42,545 nucleotides of DNA from an uncultured Staphylococcaceae bacterium. Lineage in GTDB: Bacteria > Bacillota_I > Bacilli_A > ML615J-28 > CAG-313. Within the stretch, counting starts at the first letter, position 1. Every line of letters begins with the position of its first letter. Positions 1 to 9,900 of this stretch are shown here, piece after piece. Below the pieces are notes generated by a model. The model saw only the letters and a list, made by a program, of their open reading frames with translations. It had not been told where the DNA came from and ran no database searches. Made by a program: the position numbers and the translations under genes. The DNA lies in contig CAYVQA010000002.1 of the NCBI GenBank assembly GCA_964453965.1, positions 1 to 42,545 on the forward strand, given 5' to 3'.

Positions 1-1
1 T

Positions 2-103
2 GATATTTTTGAAATTTCAACACCAAATTCAAAAATTAAAGTATTAGTTGTTCCAACTAATGAAGAATTAATGATCGCACGTGACGTAATGCGTTTAAAA
101 TAA
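2..103 (+). CDS. ackA: acetate kinase, C-terminal fragment (open at window edge)
   Basis: In-frame translation is DIFEISTPNSKIKVLVVPTNEELMIARDVMRLK followed by TAA at 101-103. This matches the conserved acetate kinase C-terminus (V.PTNEE.MIA.D). Confidence 0.7.
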   Translation, partial: DIFEISTPNSKIKVLVVPTNEELMIARDVMRLK

Positions 104-127
104 ACGCAAACTTAAAATAATCAAATT

Positions 128-156
128 AGCAGATTCAAAAATTGAGTCTGCTTTTA
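128..156 (+). terminator. rho-independent terminator after ackA
   Basis: Stem GCAGATTC (129-136) pairs with GAGTCTGC (144-151) with one G-U pair, a 7-nt loop, then TTTT. Confidence 0.7.
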
Positions 157-284
157 AAAAAGTGATTTCCTTTATTAAAACGTATTATTTAAAAAAAGAT
201 TTTTAAAGATTTTTTATTAATATAATTTAAGAGGAATGATAAAAATGAACAAAAATAAAAAAATCATAACTAAAGGATCTAAAT

Positions 285-824
285 ATGAGCTCTAGAGCAT
301 ATATTTGTATCCAAAAAGAAGATAATACTTATTTAGGAATTTATTTACATAGTAATGGTTATTTATCTAATGCCGGTTCAATTTTATTCGATTATTATCA
401 AAACGAAAAAAAAGTAAATGAATTAATAAAATTAGGCGATTTACTAATGCTAAAACCAAATCTTTATCCTAATCAAAAACTTATTCATTCATTTGAAAAT
501 CCCCAAATTGGTGTTTGTCTTTTTTATCAAAGAGATTGTAATTATCAAAATATAAAACCAAGAATAATCAATTTAAAAAATCTAACAAATAATTATTGGC
601 TTGAACATTGTTATGTTTATAGTTTAAATCATAAATGGTATTATTTTGAAAATAATTCTAGGCTCATCTTATTAGAAGAAGCCTTGAATAATTATTATTT
701 AGAATTAGGCTTCCCAAGAGTAATTGGCTTTTATGGAAAATATACACTTGAAGAAATTGCTTATTATAAAAAACAAGCAGAATTAAAGAAAAACTTCTTA
801 AAACTATTAAAAAAGGATCAATAA
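285..824 (+). CDS. hypothetical protein (179 aa), no recognisable family
   Basis: Long ORF with an AAAGGA RBS about 7 nt upstream of the ATG. No TM segments or known motifs were recognised. Confidence 0.6.
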   Translation: MSSRAYICIQKEDNTYLGIYLHSNGYLSNAGSILFDYYQNEKKVNELIKLGDLLMLKPNLYPNQKLIHSFENPQIGVCLFYQRDCNYQNIKPRIINLKNLTNNYWLEHCYVYSLNHKWYYFENNSRLILLEEALNNYYLELGFPRVIGFYGKYTLEEIAYYKKQAELKKNFLKLLKKDQ

Positions 825-828
825 TTTT

Positions 829-1674
829 ATGCAAGAAATCAAAAATCAAATATTTCCAAACGAAAGAGACTTATATAATATTAAAGATACCAAAATAATT
901 AATTGTAAATTTGCAGGCGATTTAGAAGGTGAATCAGCCCTAAAAGAATGTCATAATATCGAATTAATTAATTGTTTAATGGATTTAAGATATCCATTAT
1001 GGCATGATCATAATGTCAAACTTTTTGAAGTTGAACAAACAATTAATTGTCGCGCTGCCCTATGGTACTCACAAAATATCGACATTCAAAAATCTATTTT
1101 AAACGGCATTAAAGCGGTTCGTGAATGTGAAAATATTAATATTAATGAATCAAATATTAATTCAAGTGAATTTGGGTGGAAATCAAAAAATTTCAATATT
1201 GAAAAATCAAATATTACAAGCGAATATATCTTTTTATTAGCAAATCAAATATGTGCTAAAAATAGTTTTTTCACAGGTAAATATGGTTTCCAATATATTG
1301 AAAATGCGACATTCGAAAAATGTAACTTTAAAACAAAAGATGCATTTTGGCATGGAAAAAACATCGTTGTCAAAGATTCATATGTTGAAGGGGAATACTT
1401 AGGCTGGTATTCAAAAGATTTAACCTTTATCAATTGTACAATTAAAGGAATTCAGCCGCTATGTTACTGTGAAAATTTAACCTTAATAAATTGTCAAATG
1501 ATTGACGCAAATTTTGCGTTTGAATATTCGAGCGTAAATGCGGATATAAATGGATATGTTGAATCAATCAAAAACCCTTTATCAGGCGAAATCATTATCG
1601 ATGAAGTAGGCGAAATCTTATTTACAGATGATGTCGTTAAAAAGTGTGAAGGAAAAATAAAAATAAGAAAATAA
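829..1674 (+). CDS. DUF3737-like protein (predicted right-handed beta-helix)
   Basis: 281 aa. The N-terminal pattern (GESALKE, RYPLWH, ALWYS) and the periodic N/C-rich repeats (INCKF, INCLM, INCTI, INCQM) match my recollection of the DUF3737 family of Firmicutes. Confidence 0.55.
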   Translation: MQEIKNQIFPNERDLYNIKDTKIINCKFAGDLEGESALKECHNIELINCLMDLRYPLWHDHNVKLFEVEQTINCRAALWYSQNIDIQKSILNGIKAVRECENININESNINSSEFGWKSKNFNIEKSNITSEYIFLLANQICAKNSFFTGKYGFQYIENATFEKCNFKTKDAFWHGKNIVVKDSYVEGEYLGWYSKDLTFINCTIKGIQPLCYCENLTLINCQMIDANFAFEYSSVNADINGYVESIKNPLSGEIIIDEVGEILFTDDVVKKCEGKIKIRK

Positions 1675-1780
1675 TTTTATCACAATTTTTAAAATTAAAA
1701 ATTCTTAAAAATTTTAATTAAGACACATTAAAAAACATAAGAATGATTTATAGTTAAGGCGTAAAAGGAGAAATACTAAG

Positions 1781-2464
1781 ATGAAAATTAAGGTAGTTGG
1801 TTGGACAGATTATGATTCACACGAATTTAATGAAGGTGAAAACACTTGGGCTGTAAGGAAGGCATTAATTGATGAAATCAAAAATAATGGCTATTTGTTT
1901 TCTGGTTATGATCATCAAGAACGTAGTAACTGTGCGCCTGTTTTTAACGATGGAAAAATGCGGAGGTTTAGTCAACGAGGATTTGGTGGTATTATGGCCG
2001 AAGCACATGGAAATAATAATCCTACTGGATATGCAATGTATATGTTTGGATTAGAACCAAGTGGATGTACCTTTCCCCAAAATGAAGTATTTAAAGGCGA
2101 TTTTCAATTTGAAAAGAATCTTAATGAAACCTTCATATTAGAAGTTAATGAAAACTATTTAAAAAATGCATTAAATATTGAGCATATAACAATTGGAAAT
2201 ATTTCTTATACAGAAAAAACAATTAAAATTGAAGATTTACCAGAACTTAAATATATTGATAAAGGTGATACTTTAATATTCAATAGTAATGGTAAAAGTT
2301 CAGCTTTTAGCATTTTAGATGTTACAAGAGACCATGGACTTTCACCTAAAGAACGTATTAAATATAACACAATTATGAACTATTCGAATAACAAAAGCGA
2401 ATATGAATCTGCTAGAAAAAAATTTATGACATTACCAATTATTCTAACGCTTAAAGTTAAATAA
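1781..2464 (+). CDS. hypothetical protein (227 aa)
   Basis: ORF preceded by a strong AAAGGAG RBS. No recognisable family, signal peptide or TM segment. Confidence 0.6.
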   Translation: MKIKVVGWTDYDSHEFNEGENTWAVRKALIDEIKNNGYLFSGYDHQERSNCAPVFNDGKMRRFSQRGFGGIMAEAHGNNNPTGYAMYMFGLEPSGCTFPQNEVFKGDFQFEKNLNETFILEVNENYLKNALNIEHITIGNISYTEKTIKIEDLPELKYIDKGDTLIFNSNGKSSAFSILDVTRDHGLSPKERIKYNTIMNYSNNKSEYESARKKFMTLPIILTLKVK

Positions 2465-2524
2465 AAATCAAAATAAGTTTTGTTTATTTATGCGTTGATA
2501 GCTTTTAATCACTTAAAAAACATC

Positions 2525-2556
2525 GGTTTGATACGAAAGTATTGAACCCTTTTTTA
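2525..2556 (+). terminator. rho-independent terminator after the 227-aa gene
   Basis: GGTTTGATAC / GTATTGAACC stem (two G-U pairs), GAAA loop, followed by CTTTTTT. Confidence 0.6.
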
Positions 2557-2632
2557 TTTAAAAAATAACTAAATTTTCACAAAAGATATTTTTATAAAAA
2601 TACGTATTATTAGTAGTGAAAGGATGATGAAT

Positions 2633-4585
2633 ATGAAGAAAAAATTATTTATGTTAGGTGCCATTATATTTGCTGGCATAATGATGGAAACCTATAAAAC
2701 AAAAATTAATGCGAGCACAGAAATTAAAAGTCCAGCTGAAGTTCAAAAAGCAATAGTATGCTTAGTGGGATATGATTATTCAGCTTATTTAGAATATGCA
2801 GGATATGAAATAGTTGATAATCCTGTAAATTTTGCAATATGCAATAAATATACGGTAAAATATGAAAGAGAAAATACAATCTATAAAAAGATTGTCGAAG
2901 TAGTTGATAAAGATACATTATGCAATTTAGGATATTATCAATTTAATACGATTGACTTTTTACCACAATCTAATAATGGCACAAGATTATTAACAAGTGC
3001 AATTTATGATAATAAAACTTATCTAATCTATTTTTTCTATGATATTGTAAATGAACGCACAACTGGTGATGCATATTTAATTATTAAAGAAGAAAATGAA
3101 ATAATCTTAGAAAAACATTTATATAAATTAAAAGAAAAAGAACCTAAAAAGATTTTAGTTAATGAAGATTCAATCTATATTTTGGGCCATACATCAAACG
3201 ATAATACAAATATCTATATTGAAAGATACGATCATCAAGGTGTATTACAAAATGAAAATGAATTAATTGGTAACGAAAGTGATCAATTAAATGATGCGGT
3301 ATTAATCGATGAATACTTGTATATTACAGGTGTTACTACATCAGCTGACCACTATTACTTAGGAACAAGAAAAGGTTTAGACGGCTTTATTATGCGGCTA
3401 AATGCGGAAACATTAGTTTATAGTGCTGTTAATTTTGTTTCAAAAGAAGGAAGTGACAAAATAACAAATCTTGCAACAGATGGTACAAATCTATATTTTA
3501 TTTCGCAATTTATGCAATCATCAACCCCATACGCAGTGATGTATTTAATGAATAAAGAATTAGGAATAAGAAAAAGCATTACCATGAGTACAGAAGTAAG
3601 TTATGATGTTAAAGATATCAAAATTATTGGTGACAATATTTATATTTTAAATACTTGTTATAGTTATAATTATGAAAGAGAAATAGGCAGAGTATCAATT
3701 CATAATCTTGAACTAAGAAAAGTAAAAGATATTAATTATCTTGATGAAAATTTTTATAAAGTTGAAGATATTACATCGGATAATGGAACTGATTTTAGTG
3801 TTATCATCACGACAAGAGATGAAGAAAATGAACTAGGCTTTACAACAATAAAATATGTTGATAAAGTTGAAAGTTATCAAATTTCTCAAAAATGGGATAA
3901 TGTTGATCGGGTAAGTTATGCAAATATAGATGGAAGTAAAATTTATCTTGAAAAAGATAATCGTCTCGTTTCATTTTCAATTACCAATGTAAAAGTCAAT
4001 GACTTTGGTGAATTTGAGAATCAACAACTAAAAGATTATCAAGTAATAATCAATGCGAAAAAGGCATCATTAGATAATGATTTATCATCATTAAAATACG
4101 ATGATAATACTTACGGAACATATAAATTAATATGTGGTTTTAAAACTGAAAATCTTGATTTATTATATACAATTGAACATATTGTTACAGAAAACTTTAA
4201 TGTCAAAATCAATGAAATATATGATACTGGTTTTATATTAGAATTTAATGGAATTGGTTATTTAAACGGAGAACAAATAAATAGTGGTTATACAGTAACA
4301 AAAGAAGGAACATATACATTAGAGGTATATGGAAATAATGAAATAAAAAGAGAAATTAATTTCAAAATTGAACATCATCAATTAGAATACGAAATAATTA
4401 AAAATACAAATTTTACTATTCAAGAACCAACACTAAATGTTCCAAAAGATACGCAATCAATCATTTACCAAGTAAATGATACTGTGGAAAATAAAATAAA
4501 CTATCCAAGAAAAAATAATTGGTTAATGGTTATTCCTATTTTTTCAAGTGTCGCTGTCGCATTTGCCATTATTAGATTTCACTAG
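2633..4585 (+). CDS. tail-anchored surface protein with beta-propeller-like repeats (paralogue A)
   Basis: N-terminal signal/anchor is KKKLFMLGAIIFAGIMM and there is a TM segment at the extreme C-terminus (WLMVIPIFSSVAVAFAIIRFH). Repeated blade-like blocks are IYILGHTSND, LYITGVTTSADHYYLGTRKGLDGFIMRLN, LYFISQF and IYILNTCYS. A membrane-proximal motif reads NGEQINSGYTVTKEGTYTLEVYG. The RBS GAAAGGA favours the third ATG (2633); the ORF track starts at 2624. Confidence 0.7.
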   Translation: MKKKLFMLGAIIFAGIMMETYKTKINASTEIKSPAEVQKAIVCLVGYDYSAYLEYAGYEIVDNPVNFAICNKYTVKYERENTIYKKIVEVVDKDTLCNLGYYQFNTIDFLPQSNNGTRLLTSAIYDNKTYLIYFFYDIVNERTTGDAYLIIKEENEIILEKHLYKLKEKEPKKILVNEDSIYILGHTSNDNTNIYIERYDHQGVLQNENELIGNESDQLNDAVLIDEYLYITGVTTSADHYYLGTRKGLDGFIMRLNAETLVYSAVNFVSKEGSDKITNLATDGTNLYFISQFMQSSTPYAVMYLMNKELGIRKSITMSTEVSYDVKDIKIIGDNIYILNTCYSYNYEREIGRVSIHNLELRKVKDINYLDENFYKVEDITSDNGTDFSVIITTRDEENELGFTTIKYVDKVESYQISQKWDNVDRVSYANIDGSKIYLEKDNRLVSFSITNVKVNDFGEFENQQLKDYQVIINAKKASLDNDLSSLKYDDNTYGTYKLICGFKTENLDLLYTIEHIVTENFNVKINEIYDTGFILEFNGIGYLNGEQINSGYTVTKEGTYTLEVYGNNEIKREINFKIEHHQLEYEIIKNTNFTIQEPTLNVPKDTQSIIYQVNDTVENKINYPRKNNWLMVIPIFSSVAVAFAIIRFH

Positions 4586-4593
4586 GTGATGAT

Positions 4594-6903
4594 ATGAAAA
4601 CAGTTATTAGTATTTATAGATTATTTTTTTCATTATTAATTGCGTTTTTAATTGGTTTATTATTTATTAGAATAAATGGAAATGCGGCTGAAGATAAAGA
4701 AGAAATAAAACAAAAATATTTAGAACAAAAAATTGATGTTAAGACATTAAATAAAGAATTTGAAGATGATATTATTAATATTATTGAAGAAAACGACGCA
4801 ATAGTTATTAATTTTGAAAACGATGCATTATTTAAAAATAATAAATCAATAAATGCAGATTTTAAAGAAATTCCTTATGATCAAGTTACAGATTTTAAAA
4901 TTGTTAATAATATTGGGTATTTTTTAATAGGAAACTTAATTTTTACTTCAAAAGTTGATGAAAATGATTTAAATTTAGAAGAAATAAGTGATCTTAATAA
5001 CTACGGAATTAATGCAAAGGGAATAGAAATATATAATGATATTATTTATGCTTATGGCGAAATAAATAATGACGCATGCGTTTTCTCTATAACATTAGAT
5101 GATGAAGAAGTTAATAATTTAATTATTGGCGGTGAACAAGAAGAAATATTTTTAGATGCCTTTATTTTAAACAATCAACTATTTTTAATTGGAAAAAAGG
5201 ATAGTATCAGTTATAGTAGTGACCTTCAAAATGTAGGATTACCAAATACTAAAAAAGTTTTTATGTTATCGTATGATTTAGAATTAGAAGAACAAATTAA
5301 TCAACTTTATTTTAATGAAAGAGAAACATCGGAAGAATATTTAAGGTATTTTAAAGTAGATGATTATTTTTATTTACAACTAGATTCAACAATTTTCAAA
5401 ATTGATCAAGACTTAAACTTAATGCAACAAGAGTTTGAGCCAACTTGCGATATAAATCAAGATTATTATCCAACAATGATAAAAAACAAAATGGAAATTA
5501 TTACAAGTTTTGATAATAAAATATTTTTGAATGATTGTCTTTTAGCAAATTTTACAGGAAAAATTTCTTTAACAAAAATTAATAAAGGTAATTTAGAATT
5601 ATATACAATTGCCGAAAATATTTTAAATATTTATCAAATATCAGAATATCATATTGATAAAAATGAAAAAGTAATATCAACAAGATATTATACAGATATT
5701 AATTTTTTAAATAAATTTTGTATTGATTCATATTTTGAAACTTTAAAAACTGAAATATCAAGTCTTATTCCTAATTTACCAAAAAATATCGATGGTGAGT
5801 ATGATTTAATTTATAAAATAACGAAAGAAAATGAAACAAGTTTTTTAATAAATGGAAAATATGAATTAAAACCATTTGTCAATATCGTTGATGGTGGAAT
5901 TTATCCAACACATAAAGAATTATTATTTTATGGTAATGCGACATTAAATGATGAAGTAATTTATAATGGTTACAAAATAAAAGAAGAAGGTTCATACGAA
6001 TTAAAAATCACTAATGCAAACAATAAAGTAACAATTTATCATATTAAAACAATTGAAAACTATTATAAAGATGATGAATGTGTAACAATATCGCCAGATA
6101 TAACTATTAATAAAAATACAAATTTTAAAATTAATATCAATTATAATGCGAATGAAAACACAAAAATAAAAGAAATATGGATCAATGATTCTAAACATCA
6201 AGATTTTAAAATTGAAGATCAACAAATTAGCATAAATTTAAAAAGCGATTCAAAATACAGTATAAAAAATTATCATATCGATAAAATCGTTTATGAAGAT
6301 AAAACACTAAAAGAATATCTTATTAATCAAAATTACTTAGTAATGACATTAAAAGATGATCCAATGATAGTAATGGAAAAAATTATTAAAAACCAAAAAA
6401 TTACTTTAAATTATGAATTTGATGATCTAGATAAAACATTTAATTATTTAAAAACTGAATTATATAATGGAAATGATTTAGTGGGAATTAACTATAACTA
6501 TTTTAATAAAGCAATCAAAATTATTAATTTAGATATTAAAAAAATAACTTGTAAACATTATTTAGTAAGCTACAATGGAAATAAAATGACAACAATATTA
6601 TTAATGGAATATGAAATTGAAAATTATAATTACAATAAATTCTTAGAAAGTACCTTTACAGTTGAACATCAACTTAATGCGTTAAACGTTGAGATTAATC
6701 CATCACAAGCAAATCTTTTAAGCTTAAGCGCAAACAATAATAACTTAATAAAAGATTTAAAAATTACAGATAATAATTTAAATCCAATCATCATAATCAT
6801 TATTTCAGGAGTTATAATTGGTGTAGGAATAATCATCTTTATTTTAATCAAAACAAAAATTTTACAATTTAAGAACAAAAAAGAAACATTAAAATCTAAA
6901 TAA
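4594..6903 (+). CDS. tail-anchored surface protein with beta-propeller-like repeats (paralogue B)
   Basis: Signal peptide is LFFSLLIAFLIGLLFIRINGNA-AE. The C-terminal TM is PIIIIIISGVIIGVGIIIFILI with a K-rich tail. Blade-like blocks are IIYAYGEINNDACVFSI and LFLIGKKDSISYSSD. It shares the motif NDEVIYNGYKIKEEGSYELKITN with the upstream gene. AGGTGA RBS; the gap to the upstream gene is 8 nt. Confidence 0.7.
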   Translation: MKTVISIYRLFFSLLIAFLIGLLFIRINGNAAEDKEEIKQKYLEQKIDVKTLNKEFEDDIINIIEENDAIVINFENDALFKNNKSINADFKEIPYDQVTDFKIVNNIGYFLIGNLIFTSKVDENDLNLEEISDLNNYGINAKGIEIYNDIIYAYGEINNDACVFSITLDDEEVNNLIIGGEQEEIFLDAFILNNQLFLIGKKDSISYSSDLQNVGLPNTKKVFMLSYDLELEEQINQLYFNERETSEEYLRYFKVDDYFYLQLDSTIFKIDQDLNLMQQEFEPTCDINQDYYPTMIKNKMEIITSFDNKIFLNDCLLANFTGKISLTKINKGNLELYTIAENILNIYQISEYHIDKNEKVISTRYYTDINFLNKFCIDSYFETLKTEISSLIPNLPKNIDGEYDLIYKITKENETSFLINGKYELKPFVNIVDGGIYPTHKELLFYGNATLNDEVIYNGYKIKEEGSYELKITNANNKVTIYHIKTIENYYKDDECVTISPDITINKNTNFKININYNANENTKIKEIWINDSKHQDFKIEDQQISINLKSDSKYSIKNYHIDKIVYEDKTLKEYLINQNYLVMTLKDDPMIVMEKIIKNQKITLNYEFDDLDKTFNYLKTELYNGNDLVGINYNYFNKAIKIINLDIKKITCKHYLVSYNGNKMTTILLMEYEIENYNYNKFLESTFTVEHQLNALNVEINPSQANLLSLSANNNNLIKDLKITDNNLNPIIIIIISGVIIGVGIIIFILIKTKILQFKNKKETLKSK

Positions 6904-6932
6904 TTGAAATAATTTAATAAAAGTGCTATAAT
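6904..6932 (+). promoter_or_regulatory. sigma-A-type promoter for dnaE (TTGAAA-N17-TATAAT with TG extension)
   Basis: TTGAAA at 6904-6909, a 17-nt spacer, and TGcTATAAT at 6924-6932. Confidence 0.5.
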
Positions 6933-6963
6933 TTATTAATATGGAGTATTGTGCAAAGAGGTG

Positions 6964-9900
6964 ATGCTAGTGAAATATGCGAATCTTTATTTAAATACAG
7001 AATATTCGCTTTTAAATAGTACATGTCGAATTGAAAAAATTTGTGCTAAAGCCAAAGAATATGGCTATAATTCGCTCGCAATAACCGATGATGGAAATAT
7101 GTATGGAGTTATAAAATTTTATAAAGCCTGCATTAAAAATGCACTAAAACCAATTATTGGCTTAAAAATTAAATATCAATATAATGACAAAATATCATCA
7201 ATTTTATTATATGCGGTTAACAATTTAGGTTATCAAAACTTAATGAAAATATGCAGCATTCAAAAAATAAATAAAGGTGTAATTGATTTACACATTTTAA
7301 GCAATTACGCATTTGGAATTATAGCTGTTTTACCTTCTAGTGAAACGACAATTTATAATGCGTTATTAGATGAAAAACGAATAAATGAAGGCTTATCTGA
7401 ATATCAAATTTTAAAAAACATTTTTGAAATTGTTTATTTAGGAATTAGCAAAACAAATAGTTTTGAAAAAAGAACCTATCAAGAAGTTATTCAAAGAGCA
7501 TATACAAATAAAATTGAAATGGTTGCTTTAATAAAAGTTTGTATGATGGAAAAAGATGATCAAAAAACTTTAGAAGTTTTACAAATGATTAAAGGAAAAA
7601 ATGAACCTTTAGAAGTTCAAAAAAATTATTTTATCTCATTAAATGATTTTATTAATGAATTTAACCAATATCCTAGTTTATTAGAAAATACAAAGAAAAT
7701 AGTTGAAAGATGTAACGTCTCAATTCAATTTGGAACATATCAACATCCTAAATATCAAGAAGGTCTTGATGGAAATTTATATTTACAAGAGCTTTGTTAT
7801 AAAGGATTAAATAAACGGTTATCGAGAAAAAGAATCGACAATTACAAATATCAACAATATCAAAGAAGATTAGAATATGAACTTTCGATAATTAAAAAAA
7901 TGGGTTATAGCGATTATTTTTTAATCGTTTGGGATTTTATCAAATTTGCCAAAAATAATAACATTATGGTTGGCCCAGGAAGAGGATCAGCTGCAGCGTC
8001 ACTTGTGTCATATTCTTTAGGAATAACGAATGTCGACCCAATAGAATATAATTTAATTTTTGAGCGATTCTTAAATCCAGAAAGAGTTTCAATGCCGGAT
8101 ATTGATACTGATTTTCAAGATGACAGACGTGATGAAGTAATCAAATATGTAGGAAGAAGATATACGAAAGAACGTGTTGCACATATTATCACATTCGGAA
8201 GTTTTGCGATAAAATCCGCAATTCGCGAAACCGCAAAAGTTCTAAAATTAAATGATGTGCGCTTAAATCAAATTAATAAATATATTAATAATGAACCCTC
8301 ACAAACGATTGCAAAAAACTTAACGGAAAACGAAGAAATTAAAGAATTATGTAAAAATTATCCAGATATTAATGAAGTCTTAAAGATTGCGGCGTCAATT
8401 GAAGGTTTACCAAGAAATACATCAACCCATGCAGCGGGAATTGTAATTACAAAAAATGATTTAGTTCTTTCAACCCCAATTGAAGATGGATTAGATGGCA
8501 TTTATCAAACTCAATATCCAAGTGAAGATTTAGAATCATTAGGACTTTTAAAAATGGATTTTTTAGGATTAATTAATTTAACTAATATTCAAAAATGTTG
8601 CGATTTAATTAGAAAAAATGATCCATCATTTAAATTGCCAATTGTCTTTAATGATCCAAAAACGTATCAACTAATTTTAAGTGGTGATGTTAAAGGCATC
8701 TTCCAAATCGAAAATGAAGGAATGAAAAAAACACTGATTGATATGAAAGTTTCATCAATTAATGAAATTGCCCAAGCAATAGCTTTGTATCGTCCAGGAC
8801 CAATGAAGATGATCCCAACTTTTTTAAAAAGAAAATTTAAAAAAGAAATAATTACTTATCCACATCCTGATTTAAAACCAATTCTAGAAGATACTTATGG
8901 TACAATTGTTTATCAAGAACAAGTATTAAGTATTGCAAGAAAATTTGCTGGTTTCAGTTATGGAAAAGCAGATTTACTTAGAAGAGCTATTTCAAAAAAG
9001 AAAAAATCAGAAATGGAAAAATTAAAAACAGAATTTATTATCTCTTCAGTTAAAAAGGGTTATCCAGAAAAAGTTGCAAAAGAAATTTTCGATTATATTG
9101 AAAAATTTGCGGATTATGGTTTTAACAAAGCTCATTCAGTTTCTTATGCAATTGTTTGTTATTATACTGCTTATTTAAAAGCAAATTATTATGCATATTA
9201 CTTAGCAGTATTAATGAACAATGACTCATTAAGTGAAGATTCATTAAAAGCTTATATTCGTGGATTACAAAAAAAGAATATTAAAATTAATGTTCCCGAT
9301 ATTAATTTAAGTGGTTTAACATTTAGTGTTTATGAAAATAATTTAATTTTACCACTTACAAAAATCACAAGCATTAACGAATCTAAAGCAAAAGAAATTA
9401 TAAAACTTCAACCATATAAAAATTATCAAGATTTTATTGAAAAAACAAATAATATATTAAATCAAACCAATGTTGAAAATATTATTTATAGTAGTGCATT
9501 AGATCGCTTTAAATTAACGAAAAAAAGCATGATTGACAATTATGATAATATCATCAATCGAATGAAATATGCGCATATAAGTGAATTATTAGAAATAAAT
9601 TATTCATCTGATGAATATGATTATGGCTATTTATTAGAAAAAGAAAAATCATCATTAGGAATCAATATTGTTTATAATTTATTCTATCGTTTTCAAAAAT
9701 ATTATCAAAGCAATAAATTAATAAAAATAATCAATATCAAGCCAAATACAACAATTACAACAATTGGTGTTATTAAAGATATTAAAGAAATAACAACTAA
9801 AACAAATGAAAAAATGGCTTTTGCAAATATTGAAGATGATACATCGATAATCGAAGTAATTTTATTTACTAGAATTTATGAACAAATCGAAATAGAAAAT

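Noticed and set aside
245-295. 16-codon upstream ORF (MNKNKKIITKGSKYEL) with an AGAGGA RBS, overlapping the start of the 179-aa gene; a possible leader peptide
   Set aside because: The only good -10 (TATAAT, 221-226) would place the transcript start at or inside the RBS. The peptide has no regulatory-codon signature, and no alternative RNA structures are evident.
664-849. Short antisense or out-of-frame track ORFs. Examples: 664..849-, 1245..1433-, 1869..2054+, 2724..2918-, 6001..6225-, 6669..6878-, 13913..14116-, 14536..14778-, 16491..16715-, 18568..18970-, 24487..24975-, 27420..27629-, 28559..28762-, 29385..29600-, 32358..32612-, 34502..34717-, 37614..37802-, 39289..39498-, 41609..41839-
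   Set aside because: All are embedded in longer ORFs with clear homology or better coding character. They are typical AT-rich shadow frames (I/L/F/K-rich) without ribosome-binding sites.
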